A stretch of DNA of 64,000 bases. It comes from Heterodontus francisci. Lineage: Eukaryota. How positions within the stretch are numbered: the stretch's first letter is position 1; the number at the start of each line of letters is the position of its first letter. The stretch spans positions 130,920,002 to 130,984,001 of the forward strand of contig NC_090375.1 of NCBI RefSeq assembly GCF_036365525.1, in the 5' to 3' direction. The position numbers and the translations under genes were made by a program. The notes under the pieces were generated by a model. That model searched no databases, was not told the DNA's origin, and worked only from the letters and a program-made list of their open reading frames with translations. Shown piece by piece: positions 35,103 through 47,693 of the stretch.

Positions 35103-35706
35103 GATGGCAGCATATTAATAGATTAAGTGAATGAGCAAAACTGTGGCAAATTGACTTCAATATAGACAAGTGTGACATCATCCACTTTGGACCTAAAATG
35201 GATAGATCAGAGTACTTTCAAAATGGTAAAAATCTAGAAGCAGCCGGATCCAAAGAGGCTTAGGGGTCCATGTACATAGATCATTAAAATGTCATGGATA
35301 AGTATAAAAAGTAATCATGAAGGCAAGTGGAATGTTGGGCTTTATATCTACAGGCATAGAATACAAGGGGTTAGAAGTCATGCTACAGCTGCACAAAGCC
35401 CTGGTTAGACCACAACTGGGCATTACACTTTAGGAAGGATATATTGGCCTTTGTGGGAGTGCAGCATAAATTTACTAGAATGATACCTGGATTCTAAGGT
35501 TTATTTTATGAGGAGAGATTACACAAACTACGGTTGTATTCCCAGGAATTTAGAAGATTAAGGGATGATTTGATTAAAGTTTTCAAGATATTAAGGGGAA
35601 CTGATCGGGTAGTTAGAAACTATCTCTGCTGGATGGGAAATCTAGGATTCTGGGACATAACCTAAAAATTAGAGCCAGGCCTTTCAGGAGTGAAGTTAGA
35701 ACATAA

Positions 35707-35955
35707 TCTTCTTCTTCTTCTTTGGCCTCCTTGTCTCGCGAGACAATGGATAAGCGCCTGGAGGTGGTCAGTGGTTTGTGAAGCAGCACCTGGAGTGGCT
35801 ATAAAGGCCAATTCTAGAGTGACAGACTCTTCCACAGGTGCTGCAGATAAAATTGGTTGTCGGGGCTGTTACACAGTTGGCTCTCTCCTTGCGCTTCTGT
35901 CTTTTCCTGCCAACTGCTAAGTCTCTTCGACTCGCCACGCTTTAGCCCCGCCTTA
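35707..35955 (-). mobile_element. RTE 3' fragment inserted in a CR1 tail
   Basis: Close copy of 34570-34815. Confidence 0.88.
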
Positions 35956-36939
35956 AATGTAAGAAATAGGAGCAGGAGTAGGCCATATGGCCCCTGTAAC
36001 CTGTTCTGCCATTCAATATGATCATGGCTGATCTTCTGCCTTAACTCCACTCTCCCGCCTGCTCCCCATATCCCTTGATTCACTGAGAGATCAAAAATCT
36101 GTCTTACTCAGCCTTGAATATATTCAGCGATGGAGCATCCACAACCTCTGGGGTGGACAATTCCAAAGGTTTAAACCCACTGAGTGAAGAAGTTTCTCCA
36201 CATCTCATTCATAAATGATCGATCTCATATTCTGACACTGTGACCCCATGTTCTAGATTTCCCCAGTCAGAGGAAACAACCTCTCAGTGTCAACCCTGTC
36301 AAGCCCCTTCAAAATCTTGTATGTTTCAATGAGATCACCTCTCATTCTTTTAAACTCCAAAGAGTTTATGTCTAATTTACTCAATCTCTCATCATAGAAA
36401 ACTCTCTCATCCGAGGAACCAATCCAGTGAGCCTTTGCTGTACTGCCTCCAGGGCAAGTATATCCTTTCTTTGATATGTATCCAAAAGTGTGCACAGTAA
36501 TCCAGGTGTGGGCTCACCAAAATCCTATACAGCAGTAGCAAAACTTCTTTGTTCTTGTACTCCAGTCCCCTTGCAATAAAAGCCAACATGCCATTTATCT
36601 TCTGAATTGCTTGCTGTACCTGCTTGCTAACTTTCTGTGTGCCTCATATGAGTATTCCCAGGTCTCTCTGAACATCAACATTTAAAAGTTTCATGCCTTT
36701 CAAAAAATATTCTGCTTTTCTATTCTTATTACCAAAGTCAGTAACCTCATTATACTCCATCTGCCACCTTGTTGCCCACAGACTTAACCTGTCTCTATCT
36801 CTTTCCAGTCTCTTTGTGTCCTCCTCACAGCTTACATTCCCACCTAGCTTTGTATCGTCAGCAAACTTGGATACATTACTCTCGGTCTCTTCATCTAAGT
36901 CATTAATATAGATTGTAAATGGTTGAGGCCCCATCACTG
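35956..36939 (-). mobile_element. CR1-type LINE 3' fragment nested in the plus-strand CR1
   Basis: ORFs 36644-37015 (YINDLD..FADDTKLGG), 36407-36589 and 36253-36495. Confidence 0.88.
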
Positions 36940-37383
36940 AGGAAACACATCTACATGCAAAGAGTGGTAGAAGTTTGGAACTCTCTTCGGCAAATGGCTG
37001 TTGATGCTGGGTCAATTGTTAATTTTCCATCTGAGATTGATAGGTTTCTGTTAACCAAAGGTATTAAGGGATATTGGGCAAAGGCTGTTCTATGGAGTTA
37101 GATCTAGCATGATCATGTTGAATGGCAGAGCAGCTCAAAGGGGCTAAATGGCCTACTCATGCTCCTATGTTCCTCTGTAATTCCATAGAAAATCAGTGAT
37201 TTCAAACACCTATACTCAGGGCCATTAGTTTATGAAGAATAAGTAAATCAACTTCCATTTTGTTACACGAGATTCCTAAAGTTTTACAAGTATTTTTAGA
37301 GGTCATATTCATAATTCCATTGATTTTTCAATGAAAATTGAAAATCAGTGGCTTTGCCTATGACACAATTTCACACCCCCTAA

Positions 37384-38560
37384 GGAGGAATTTTACCCTG
37401 GCGGTGAGGGTCTCGACATCGGGAGAAAACAATGCTGAGATTCCAGTGTCACCTCTTTTCCAGAAGGCCCGCCAAACTTAGTGCCAATCAGGCACTTAAG
37501 TGGACAGTAGCAGGCCTTCCATAGGATCTAGGACCCCGTCGCTGGAAGTCCCGCCCTTGGACAGCTGCCGGCCAATCAGAGGCTTGTGGCTGCTGCTGGA
37601 GGTGACCGTCTTGGAGGCCAAGGAGCATTGCTGGAGCTCGGCCTCAGGTATGTCAGGATGGGAGGGGACTCGCAGTGTGGGGTCATGGGGGGGGAGGAGA
37701 GAGGTCGGCAGCAAGCCCCTCCCAGTGCAGGAAGAGAGTCAATGACCTCCTGCATTCTGCCAAGGTGAGTGCTCCATACCAGTCGGTCTCCTTGAGGATT
37801 GCATGTGACTACGTGGGAGGTTGCGTGACATGGGGAGGGTACCAGAGCAGTGGCATTGCCTGAGTCCCTAGGGTTCTGTCTCTTCCTGACAGATACATGG
37901 ATGTCTCTCGGCCACAGACCACTTTTCTTCATAGCTCACGTGCCTTAACTCCCTTGACAGCGAGTGTCAGCATGAGAGGCATCAGATTCCCCAGTGGAGG
38001 TTGAGGGGCTGAAACGAACTGAACTCTGTTGATCTCTGTGCCATTATTTACAGTCTCCATCCTTGTTCATGCAGGACAAGAGCGGCACAGTGGCGCAGTG
38101 GTTAGCACCGCAGCCTCACAGCTCCAAGGACCCGGGTTTGATTCTGGGTACTGCCCGTGCGGAGTTTGCAAGTTCTCCCTGTGTCTGTGTGGGTTTTCGC
38201 CGGGTGCTCCGGTTTCCACCCACATCCAAAGACTTGCAGGTGATAGGTAAATTGGCCGTTGTAAATTGCCCCTAGTGTAGGGAGGTGATAGGGAATATGG
38301 GATTACTGTAGGGTTAGTATAAATGGGTGGTTGTTGGTCGGCACAGACTCGGTGGGCCGAAGGGCCTGTTTCAGCGCTGTATCTCTAAATAAATAAGAGG
38401 ACTCATAATAGGAGGGAGATATCCTGAACAAGTGGAGGAATCCCAAATGCATGTCCACTTACCTCCGCTGAGCAAGAGGCCCTGGAGTTTGCGGGTGTCC
38501 AGGGCGGCCGCTCAATAACCGATGGGGAGATTGGAGTCCCTGCACAAGGGAGTGAGGATT
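37384..38560 (+). mobile_element. Harbinger-type non-autonomous element containing a SINE
   Basis: TIR-like ggaggaattttac; similar to 30150-30331. Right end not resolved. Confidence 0.45.
38080..38396 (+). mobile_element. HE1-like V-SINE
   Basis: Full head, V-domain and tail. Confidence 0.92.
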
Positions 38561-40244
38561 GTCTCCCATTGGCAAATGCATCAATGTTGGAGATCCACAT
38601 AACGCTTGCTCGGCATCAGGAAAACAGCACAACCTAACCCACATGTGTTTGTGTTCTCCTATGCAGGTAGCCATTCACAGGGATCTCCTATCAAATTTGA
38701 GACTTCCTTTGCCTATTTTGCTCAGTACAATGCCATGTGATGTGGTTAGCTTCAAAGCTGCTGGAGGCAACTCCAGAAAACAATTTTTAAAAATGTTGAA
38801 ATGGGAGAGAAATGTGGTCGTCTTGCACATTCCACTACCATATTTAATTTCACATGGCAGTCTGCGTTCAGTGTTTGGCTTAGTACTGCCACACAGATGA
38901 AGTTGCTATGACAACAATAAAGACTTTTCAAGTGTATTTTCATAATCACACTGACTTGCTACCCATGAGACAGTGCAACCCTTTTAAATAGGTTCTATTG
39001 AAACATAAAATGGGATGAATTGTTAGAAATTAGTAGAAAATGATTTATTTTGAAATTGTATGATAAGCAGATTATAATATACTGTACACCTAGATTTGAA
39101 GAATTATGGTTACTATACAAACAAGGCATACAAATGATGTCATAAACTGCAAGGGCAAAGCTCTTGTGGTTTCAAAATAGCCTCTAAATCCACACTGATG
39201 TAAATCGAGACTTCTCGCTGCAGTTATGACAATAGAATGACTGGCGATTCCTTTTTCTTTAGCACCACCTGTCTCAGGTCATGTGCAAACTGCCCACATA
39301 AAAACAGAGCACTAAAAAAAACTCAGGTGCTTTTTCAGTGCACTGTGGCCTGAAACTTCAATTGGTCGGGTAATCATGCAAATATAATTTATTTGAACAA
39401 CTAGGCCTCAAAATTCCTTGGTCATGATCCTAGTAGTTATGTTGGTTTGCACTTTCTAATGCCCTCAGTGTTGACTTCACTGAGGTATATGGAGTCAATG
39501 GGATGGCACCTTATTAGCAAGGGGCAAGAAGGTGCAAATGCTACTTCAGTTCTAATGTGCTCATGACTGTGGTTAGCCCTGGTGGTAACCCACCCTTAGG
39601 GGCATTGCCCAGGACCACCTCTGTCCCAGACCTTATTCTCCTTGGTAAGAAGACTGACTTGTGAAAACAATTAGTTAAATATAAATTCCTCTTCCTTATG
39701 AGTTCAAGGCACTTGCCAAGCCTGGAATTCATTGGTGTGCTCCACATTTACCCTTATTTAGGCCAAAGCATTCACCTTACTAGGTGTACTATCTTCCAGA
39801 GAAAGATTGGAACCCATTTTCCTGAACATTCTGCTTGTCTCTCACTGGAGTTACGGTGGGACAGCAGTGGAACCCAAGAGGAAGTTTGAGCTGCTCATTG
39901 GCTTTGTTGAAAAACAGATCCTGTGTTTTCTGAGAGTTTTGGCTGCTGTGAGGGGACCATATTGTACAGGCCCCTTGTGGGATTCTCCAGTACATGTGTT
40001 AACTGGAGAAGAAGCATGAGCTGGAAGCACTGCAGAATGCCCTCGCAGTCAGAGAACACCAGATTAGGAGAGTTTCTACTTGGAGAGACCAAGGAGGTAC
40101 ATTGTCACCAAAAGACTTTCTTGAACCTCAGTAAGGGGCAGTGCCTGTGGGGGCTCCATTTCCATAGGAAAGTGGCTATGGAGTTAAGCCATCTGCTGGG
40201 ACAAAATCTGCAACCTTGTTCTTTGCTCCAGTGAAGATCACATT

Positions 40245-40603
40245 GGACTGAATTTTACAGACCCCCCCCCCCCCCGATGTCAGGGATCGTGGCGGGGTGG
40301 GGTGGGGGGGCTAGAAAATGCCTCCAGGAGAGGTCCGCCACGCATCCCGACTCCGGGAGGGCCCAGCCCAATATTACTGGCTGTGGCGAGACCTCATGGA
40401 GTCCCCCCGCCACTCGGCAACAGGGCCTCCATTAACATATTTAAATAAATTTAAATTAATGAATTAATTACATTTACATTCCCGCCGTCTATCCTGGCGC
40501 GATCTTCATGCCGCTGGCTAGCACTCTCGAGCCTTTGTATGGGCAGGCTGCCGTTGTTTTCACCTGCCACCGATTTCGGCAGCGGGAGTATAAATTTCAG
40601 CCC
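40245..40603. mobile_element. PIF/Harbinger-type MITE
   Basis: TIRs ggactgaatttta / taaatttcagccc; flanks att/aat. Confidence 0.7.
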
Positions 40604-41029
40604 AATTTTGCCATTGGAGGTTTCCAAGGGAATCACAGGCAATATAGCTTATATCAGCTAGGCTGTTGTTCATTAGTGCATCCAGAGTTTACTGCTGCAT
40701 TGTTTGTCAAGGTTAACCAATATAGAGCTTTTCCTATGAATGCCAGAGTGTTGCAGGTCCATGCCATTAGCTTTACAAACTTGCAGACATCCCCTCGAGA
40801 AAGGACCCAGACAAACATGCACCAAAGAGAAGATCCATTCCAACTTGATAGCAGCCATAAAGTTATGCAAGTTAATGTCAGGTTCGCTGACAGCTCACAC
40901 ATTCTGTTTCTACTCAGGAAACCTATCATGCCAGCATTGGTTGAAGAAGGCCAAGAATGTGGAACTGACTGTTCAGAAACCTTGGTTACCCACTGTTGGC
41001 ATAGCTGATGACAGCTTTGAGGGCTGGAT

Positions 41030-42450
41030 AAACCCACACCATTGATGAGGAAGCACTGTCACTTGATCTGACACTCACAGCCACCATAGCATGTGCATAG
41101 CTTAGAGATTAGTATATAGTTGGGATCTGCACGTGATGAGCCACCAGGTGTCAGTGGGCTGCAGCCAGGCCAGGGAGGAAAGAGTGGCTTGTGTGTCAGC
41201 TGACCAGAAGGGCGAGGTTGCACGTGCATTCTGCTGTAGGGGACTCACATGAGCACGTCGATGGGATGACATACAGGAGAACGCTGATGACGATGCACAA
41301 CAAGATGCTTGGTGCATTGGCAGGCCTGCCACTGAGCTTCCTGTTATTACCAAAGAGCATGGAGGAGATCAACTGCAATATGGCAGAGGGCATCCTGTGG
41401 AGTTTGGAATCCATCCTGTTCATAGTGAAAGTGGTGACCAAATCCATGAATGCACTAGCAGACCAGACTATGATGGAGTGTCTGGTGGCCGTTGTCTCAG
41501 CTTCCACTGCAACACAGGCAGATGCCATCCAATGTCTCAGTGCTGCAATGGAAGCTCAGAATGAAATCCATGCTTGATGCCTTGCAAGCCCAGCTTACTG
41601 CTACATAGGCTCAGACTGATGGCATGATTGCTGCCTACCTCAGTGCTCAAGAGGGTATGTAGACTCTGGCGGCAGTCGAGCAATCTAGTGGAATGGTGGA
41701 AGGGGGTCATCAGCCACGTGTCGAGGCCCTTGTCCCTTGACAACCAGTCTCTGGTCCTTTTAGGAGGCCCAAAGATGGCGTGAAGGACCGACTAATGCAG
41801 GATGAAAACATCATGGCTGCTGTCAGGATAGCGGGCATTCATTGAAATGAAGGTCTTGGCAACGTCACATACCAATAACTCTTTAATCAAATGGAAGCCT
41901 TTATGGTTCCTGTACCTCTCTCCATTGAGAATGGAGGCTCGAAGAGCCACATGGGTCCATGGCACCATGCACCATCAGGATTCCTGCTATCCTGACAATG
42001 CTACCTGCCCTCACATCCTGCTTGTCTCTTTTGAGAGAGAACATGATGAACTCCCCTTGACTGACATACATGGCCTCCATCACCTCCTGATGCCATGATG
42101 GATGACGTACTGGAAAATGTTGGCAGGTGTAAAGGTTGATGATGACGGTGACTTTGATGGCCACCTACTGGCTGTCCTCGCCCTGGTGTGAAGCTCCAGG
42201 TTGGATTGCAGGAGGTAGTACAGCTCAGTGTCCTCTTTGTTAAACCTGAGTTACTTCAGGAACTGCTCTGGGATTAGTTGAAGGTAGGAGAACTGTTCTC
42301 TGAAAACCCTTGGTGGGTAAGGCCTTCTTTGGAGACCCTTCCTCAGCTCTTCACAGAGCTTCTACTCTCTGCAGCCTCTGCTCCATTTCCTGATCATGTT
42401 GCAGACCAAGAGGCACTGCCACCATAGCCCCCATACCAGGGTCAGGTATT
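41030..42450. pseudogene. Harbinger remnant: accessory ORF (+, ~41030-41750) convergent with transposase (-, ~41760-42450)
   Basis: Minus strand AIKVTVIINLY..QEVMEAMY..FIMFSL..RIAGILMVHGAMD resembles HARBI1-type AVKVT..GFP.VQGAIDCTH. Plus part is similar to 60680-61000. Confidence 0.65.
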
Positions 42451-42509
42451 CCTCTGTCCTCCTCCTGTAAGCATCAACTGCCAAAAATCAGCTCCAAAAC
42501 CACAGCACA

Positions 42510-42635
42510 GTAGAATCATTGAATAGTTACAGCACAGGAGTCCATTTGGCCCATCATGTCCGAGCCAACTCTCTGCTAGAGCCCTGCACATTTTTCTCTT
42601 CAGATAATCATCCAATACCTTTTTGAAAGCCACAA
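42510..42635 (-). mobile_element. Short CR1 3' tail
   Basis: tagaatcattgaatagttacagcacaggag..ccatttggccc; minus strand AFKKVLDDYL. Confidence 0.65.
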
Positions 42636-43467
42636 ACTCAGCCTGAGCAAAATTAAGTCAAAAGCACCTCACCTGCAACTTGTTGACTGGCCCTTTTAAT
42701 AGTGCTGCTACAGGACCCACCTTGCAGTTGAATGCTGGATCTTTGTGGACTGACGTGCAAATTTGTCCAATGGACCTGCGTGGTCCACATTTGGTAGCTA
42801 AGCCTCGCATTAGCCGGTAGAGCTGTGTGACCTCAGGATAGTGCTGTATCAGTTGTTTCTGGTGCACGCTGGGGATGCTCAAGATGGAGCGCTGCATGCG
42901 CTGCTCCAGAAGTGGCTGGTGACATTACAGAAAACAAATTCACAGCTCAAGACTCCAGTTAACACACTGAATGAGTCAGCATCAAGCTTTGCCGTGTTCA
43001 CTGCTACAGGGGCAGCTTGGACCTGCCTGCTTTCAGAAACCTATGCACTCAAGGCAGAAAGATGGTTGCAATGAAATCTGGAGAGATTGACCCAGCATCT
43101 ACTAATTGTTCTGATCTTCTCCTTCTCCCAGTTACTGTAACACTCTGCCCACTGATATGAAGTTAGTGGCACTGAGCAAGCTGTCCACTATTTCCATCTT
43201 GGTTTGAGCAGAGCTGTCAGTAAGCCTCTCAATTGAGGAGGCCATGGTGCAAATTTATCCTTTCAACCCCATTGACCTCAGCTTTGCTATGGCTTCTTGG
43301 TGCCATAAATGGTCTAATGCTGCCTTGATATTGAGGGTGCTTACTCAATCCTCTCCTCTGACATGCAGGACACACTTCTCACCGTGAAATGGGAGCAGCT
43401 TTCTGCACAATTCAAAAACTACAGTAAGCTGTCCTGCTTCAAATCATTTATCTCAATCATTTGAGAT

Positions 43468-43813
43468 GGGCGGCACAGTGGCGCAGTGGTTAGCACCGCA
43501 GCCTCACAGCTCCAGTGACCCGGGTTCAGTTCTGGGTACTGCCTGTGCAGAGTTTGCAAGTTCTGCCTGTGACCGCGTGGGTTTTTGTCGGGTGCTCCGG
43601 TTTCCTCCCACAGCCAAAGACTTGCAGGTTAATAGGTAAATTGGCCATGGTAAATTGCCCCTAGTGTAGGTAGGTGGTAGGAGAATGGTGGGGATGTGGT
43701 AGGGAATATGGGATTAATGTAGGATTAGTATAAATGGGTGGTTGTTGGTCGGCACAAACTCGGTGGGCTGAAGGGCCTGTTTCAGTGCTGTATCTCTAAA
43801 TAAATAAAATAAA
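43468..43813 (+). mobile_element. HE1-like V-SINE
   Basis: Near identical to 15981-16330. Confidence 0.93.
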
Positions 43814-45145
43814 TTTGGGTCCACTATCTCTTCAACTGCTGAATGACCCACTGTCCCCATTTGGTTGATGTCCTGCCTCTTCTACCTCCCTCTGCTACTG
43901 CTATCCAATGCTCAATGAATCCACCTCCACACTCCCCCCAATGGCCCTGAATTTCCACATGTGTTGCGTGCATTTGTGCCAATGTAAGACAACTTGTGCC
44001 TGTCAAAGCTCTGCAGAGCTGTTAACATCAGAATTTTGTGGATCAGCTCATTTACATATCCATTGGAGAAATCACTGATGTAAATTTTACATAAAACAGG
44101 AGCAATGTGCTGGGATGCTTGAAAATTAGAATGCAGTCTTTAAAAATACATTTATGGCTGAAGATTGTAGCAGTAGTCTAGGAAGCAGCAGATAAGTGAC
44201 AAAATGCTTTGCTCAGTAATTTGGCTGTCAGCTAGCTTGACTGGATGTCTCATGAGTATTTTTGTGCCAGATATCAAGAATGTTTACTATAGAAGCAGCT
44301 ACCAAAAATATCACTTGTAACAGATGGAGAGGATTGACAATGAATGGACACCAGCACACATTTCACTCTCTAAAAGTGCCTAACTCTTCACAATGCTCTC
44401 AGGTTAAAGGGGCATGACTCAAACCTTATAGTCTGGCTGCAGATCTCCCCTAACATCAATTACTTCAATGTGCAACCCTAGTGCCTCTTTATCTATTTTA
44501 CAAAGTAATATCATTACACCTCTTACTTTTATTTTTCCATGGCACACACACCTCAGTTTCTACTCTTCATCTAATTTACTGCGTCTTATTCCAGGGCAAA
44601 CTGGCACACAGTTCCCATGAGAGGCAAGTTACATGAAGGGAGGGTGTTCCCTACCTGAATGATTTTACGCCCTATGAGGAGAAAATCATAGAGCTCATAG
44701 ACATGTGCTGTGCTGTGGGAGATAAAGTGCTTGAGAACATTGTTCTGACAGCAGGTTAGTGATCGAACACCGCAACATTCCCGTGAAGTATCACACAGAC
44801 AAAAGCTTTCACCTTCTTCTTTGTCTCTTTATTCCCAAAGGGGTAATGCTCACCTATTCTTAGTTTGTACCCTCTTTCTCTACTGATTCACCACAGTAAC
44901 AAAGGAAGAAGATAACAATGAAAAGGAGGAGAGAGGGAGATGCAAGTACTACCTTACAGATTTCAAGGATGACAAAGCTGAGTATGAAGAAGGAGAGGAA
45001 ATTAGACTTAGATTCATCCATGAGTTTTTGCAATGATCCCTGTCCCATGTTACTTTGTCACAACATCCTCAATTTCACTTCCTTCATCACCTGTCTCCTC
45101 CCTACCATGCACCAGCTCAGATGTTTTCACCCAGGGGAATGAGAT

Positions 45146-45330
45146 AGTTTTTTTTTATTCATTCATGGGATGTGGGCATCGCTCGCCAGGCCAGCATTTA
45201 TTGCCCATCCCTAATTGCCCTTGAGAAGGTGGTAGTCAGCTGCCTTCTTGAACCACTGCAGTCCATTTGGGGTAGGTATACCCACAGTGCTGTTAGGAAG
45301 GATTTTGACCCAACGACAGTGAAGGAAATA
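45146..45330 (-). mobile_element. Second-family LINE 3' tail
   Basis: ttcattcatgggatgtgggcatcgc..gcccttgagaaggtgg, as at 62090. Confidence 0.85.
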
Positions 45331-45399
45331 GTGTTATTAGTGTCAATAGTATTATTGACGATATGGTGCCTATTGATTCACAGAGCACAAGGGAGCCAG

Positions 45400-47100
45400 C
45401 GAAGTAAGAAATAGGTGGGGGTGTGCCATCTTCCTATTGAAGGCTGAAAAGAGGACTGCCCATGGCTTCGGAGCTGGAACTCATGGGTACGCACATGAAA
45501 GAAGCATGTCTGAAGATCATCACACCAACCTGAAGACTCATAAGTCAGTCTCCGAGGACATGTGACAACAATTTTCATTTGTGGTAACATCAGAGCAGCT
45601 TTTACTTCATTACAGACATCAAGTTGAGCGTGTGGCAGCTTTATTGCACTCTGCAGCAGACCCCCACCAAAAAAACAGCAAAGGACAATCAGTGATTCCA
45701 CCTCCACCAACCACAGAGTGCTGACCTTGTTTCACTTCCATTATTAGCTTTGTAAAACCTTCAATTTATCTCATAGGCCCTTAAATTCAGAGTGCTGTGA
45801 CTTACTGCCAGAAGTGCAGCCAAGTGAGACACAGCTGCCCTATAGCCACTCTAATGACCCCACCAGAAATTGCAGGGTTGGCTCACTAGTGTGTTAATGA
45901 ACTGGACAAAGGCATGAATGCACCAACAATTGGTGAGGTGCACCTGAGAGGCCAATCAGCCAGGAGGGTTGGACTTTTGGGTGCAGGTTGCAAGAGACGA
46001 GAAAGTACAGTGGACAGAACCATAAGGAAGGAAGTGCACATATAGTAAATGGGAACTCACTAACCCCAAGGAGCCCTCTCCAATGCAGGATGAAGTTAAA
46101 TAACCTCACAAGTTCACCAAAGGTAAAGTGCTATGGTTGCAAGCTGATGTTAACATATAATTTGCATGACATCAGACATATATTTATCCTAAAAGTACAT
46201 ACAGAAACCTAAGGGTACCACCTTGAACACGAAATGAACTGTAGTGACAGTTGTACGTGGAAAACTTCAAGTAAGTGGATGTAGCATCCTCTAATCCCTG
46301 CATGGCCATTGATGTCCCAGTACTTATGTAGGAATTGTATAAGAGAAGTGATCAAAAATTCTCAGAGTTATCAAATTAAATAACAAACATTTAAGATTGC
46401 AAACAATTCCCAAGAATGACAGAATACAGAAAGAGGAACAGCAAGAGAAGAAAGTAAAGCATCCTAGGAACTGACTCATTTAATGCTGTAGGATATGGAA
46501 ACATGAGAGGAGCTGCAGCCACTATTGGTTTGTGCTGACCAAGTGCTAATGATCTAAGATCGAAAATAGTTTCTCTTTTTTGAGCTCAAACTCTGAGGAA
46601 TCCTTGCATAAACTCAACAGGCAGGAAAATGTGGACACCAGGAAAGTTGATGCATTTCTCTTTCTTCTTCTCTCTGCAGACAACAGAAGATGTTGCCGCG
46701 AGACAGAAGGAACCAATGACAGAATCCTTCAACATCTAACACTTCCAGCAGAATTTGAGTCACTCCACCATAAATGCTATCACTTGCACTCACCAGCCCA
46801 GGTAGTTTAACTCAGAGTGATACAAATAGTCCTGTTGGGGACTTGGCATAGGGTGATTCACACCTTACAAAAATGCCAGAGGATGAGGTTTGGAGAAGGA
46901 GCATAATGTACCCGAGTAGAAGCTTAGGAGATGTTAGACCTGGGCTATTGATCTAGATAATAATTTCAGTGGTAACGCCCTGCAAAGACAAAGGGTTACA
47001 GAGCATTAGAAGACACTGCAAGCAGTCTCTGAAAATGTATGGCATATGCAGGGATGATGGCAGAGTGCAATGCTCTTCCTTGGAAGTACTATCAGAGAGG
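45400..47100. pseudogene. Very degenerate Harbinger remnant
   Basis: Plus-strand RSPLQCRMKLNNL followed by gtaaa donor (Myb/SANT-like), and weak transposase-like text on the minus strand near 45560-45710. Confidence 0.35.
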
Positions 47101-47693
47101 GCTTCTCTGCAGCACAGAGCATTCAGGAATGAATGGTTCCGTAGACTTTTTGTGGTGCTGCTGCATGAGCTTAGTTTCTTGGTTTGCCTGCTGTTCCTCC
47201 TTTTCCTCCTCTAACAAATAAATTTTATAAATCATAAAGAGAGGAATTCCCATGAGAAAAAACATTTTGCAGTGTTCTGCTTCATTTTAGGGAATTTTTC
47301 TAAACAAGGAAAAGTCGTAAGGGATCCCTCCAAATGCAGATGGAAACGTGAAAAATAAAAGCGTAAATAATTTTCCACAAAGATCAATCCAAAGAATATC
47401 AATTATTCTCTTTATAACGCAACAAAACAGCAATTAGCCTTTACGACACCGGCATCGGCCTTCCTTAGCTGCAGTTCTAAGATATCCCTGTTTGTTACAG
47501 GTGTATCGTAAATCAATGGGTCAAAGGATAGAAATGATGGAATTTAGGATATATGGGCCATGAAATCTTATCGGGATTCTACTGCAGGAGATTGACAGAA
47601 ACCCCAGGCAATGATATAAATGCATTTTTTAAGTTGCTTACATCATTTCCCTGAGGTTCCGTCAGTTTGCCACCAGGGTTACAGCATAACACT

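Larger units (their letters stand above)
32620..37175 (+). mobile_element. Degenerate CR1-type LINE host interrupted by an LTR, two RTEs and a CR1
   Basis: ORF 33861-34163 (DSGTVPLDWKIAHV..ENQHGFV). Sequence resumes after each insert; 3' end at 36940-37175. Confidence 0.8.

Noticed and set aside
39690-40230. Possible Tx1/L1 ORF2 C-terminal remnant
   Set aside because: Too degenerate to support by eye.
40508-41045. 100-166-aa ORFs as host genes
   Set aside because: No recognisable domain; they lie among Harbinger debris.
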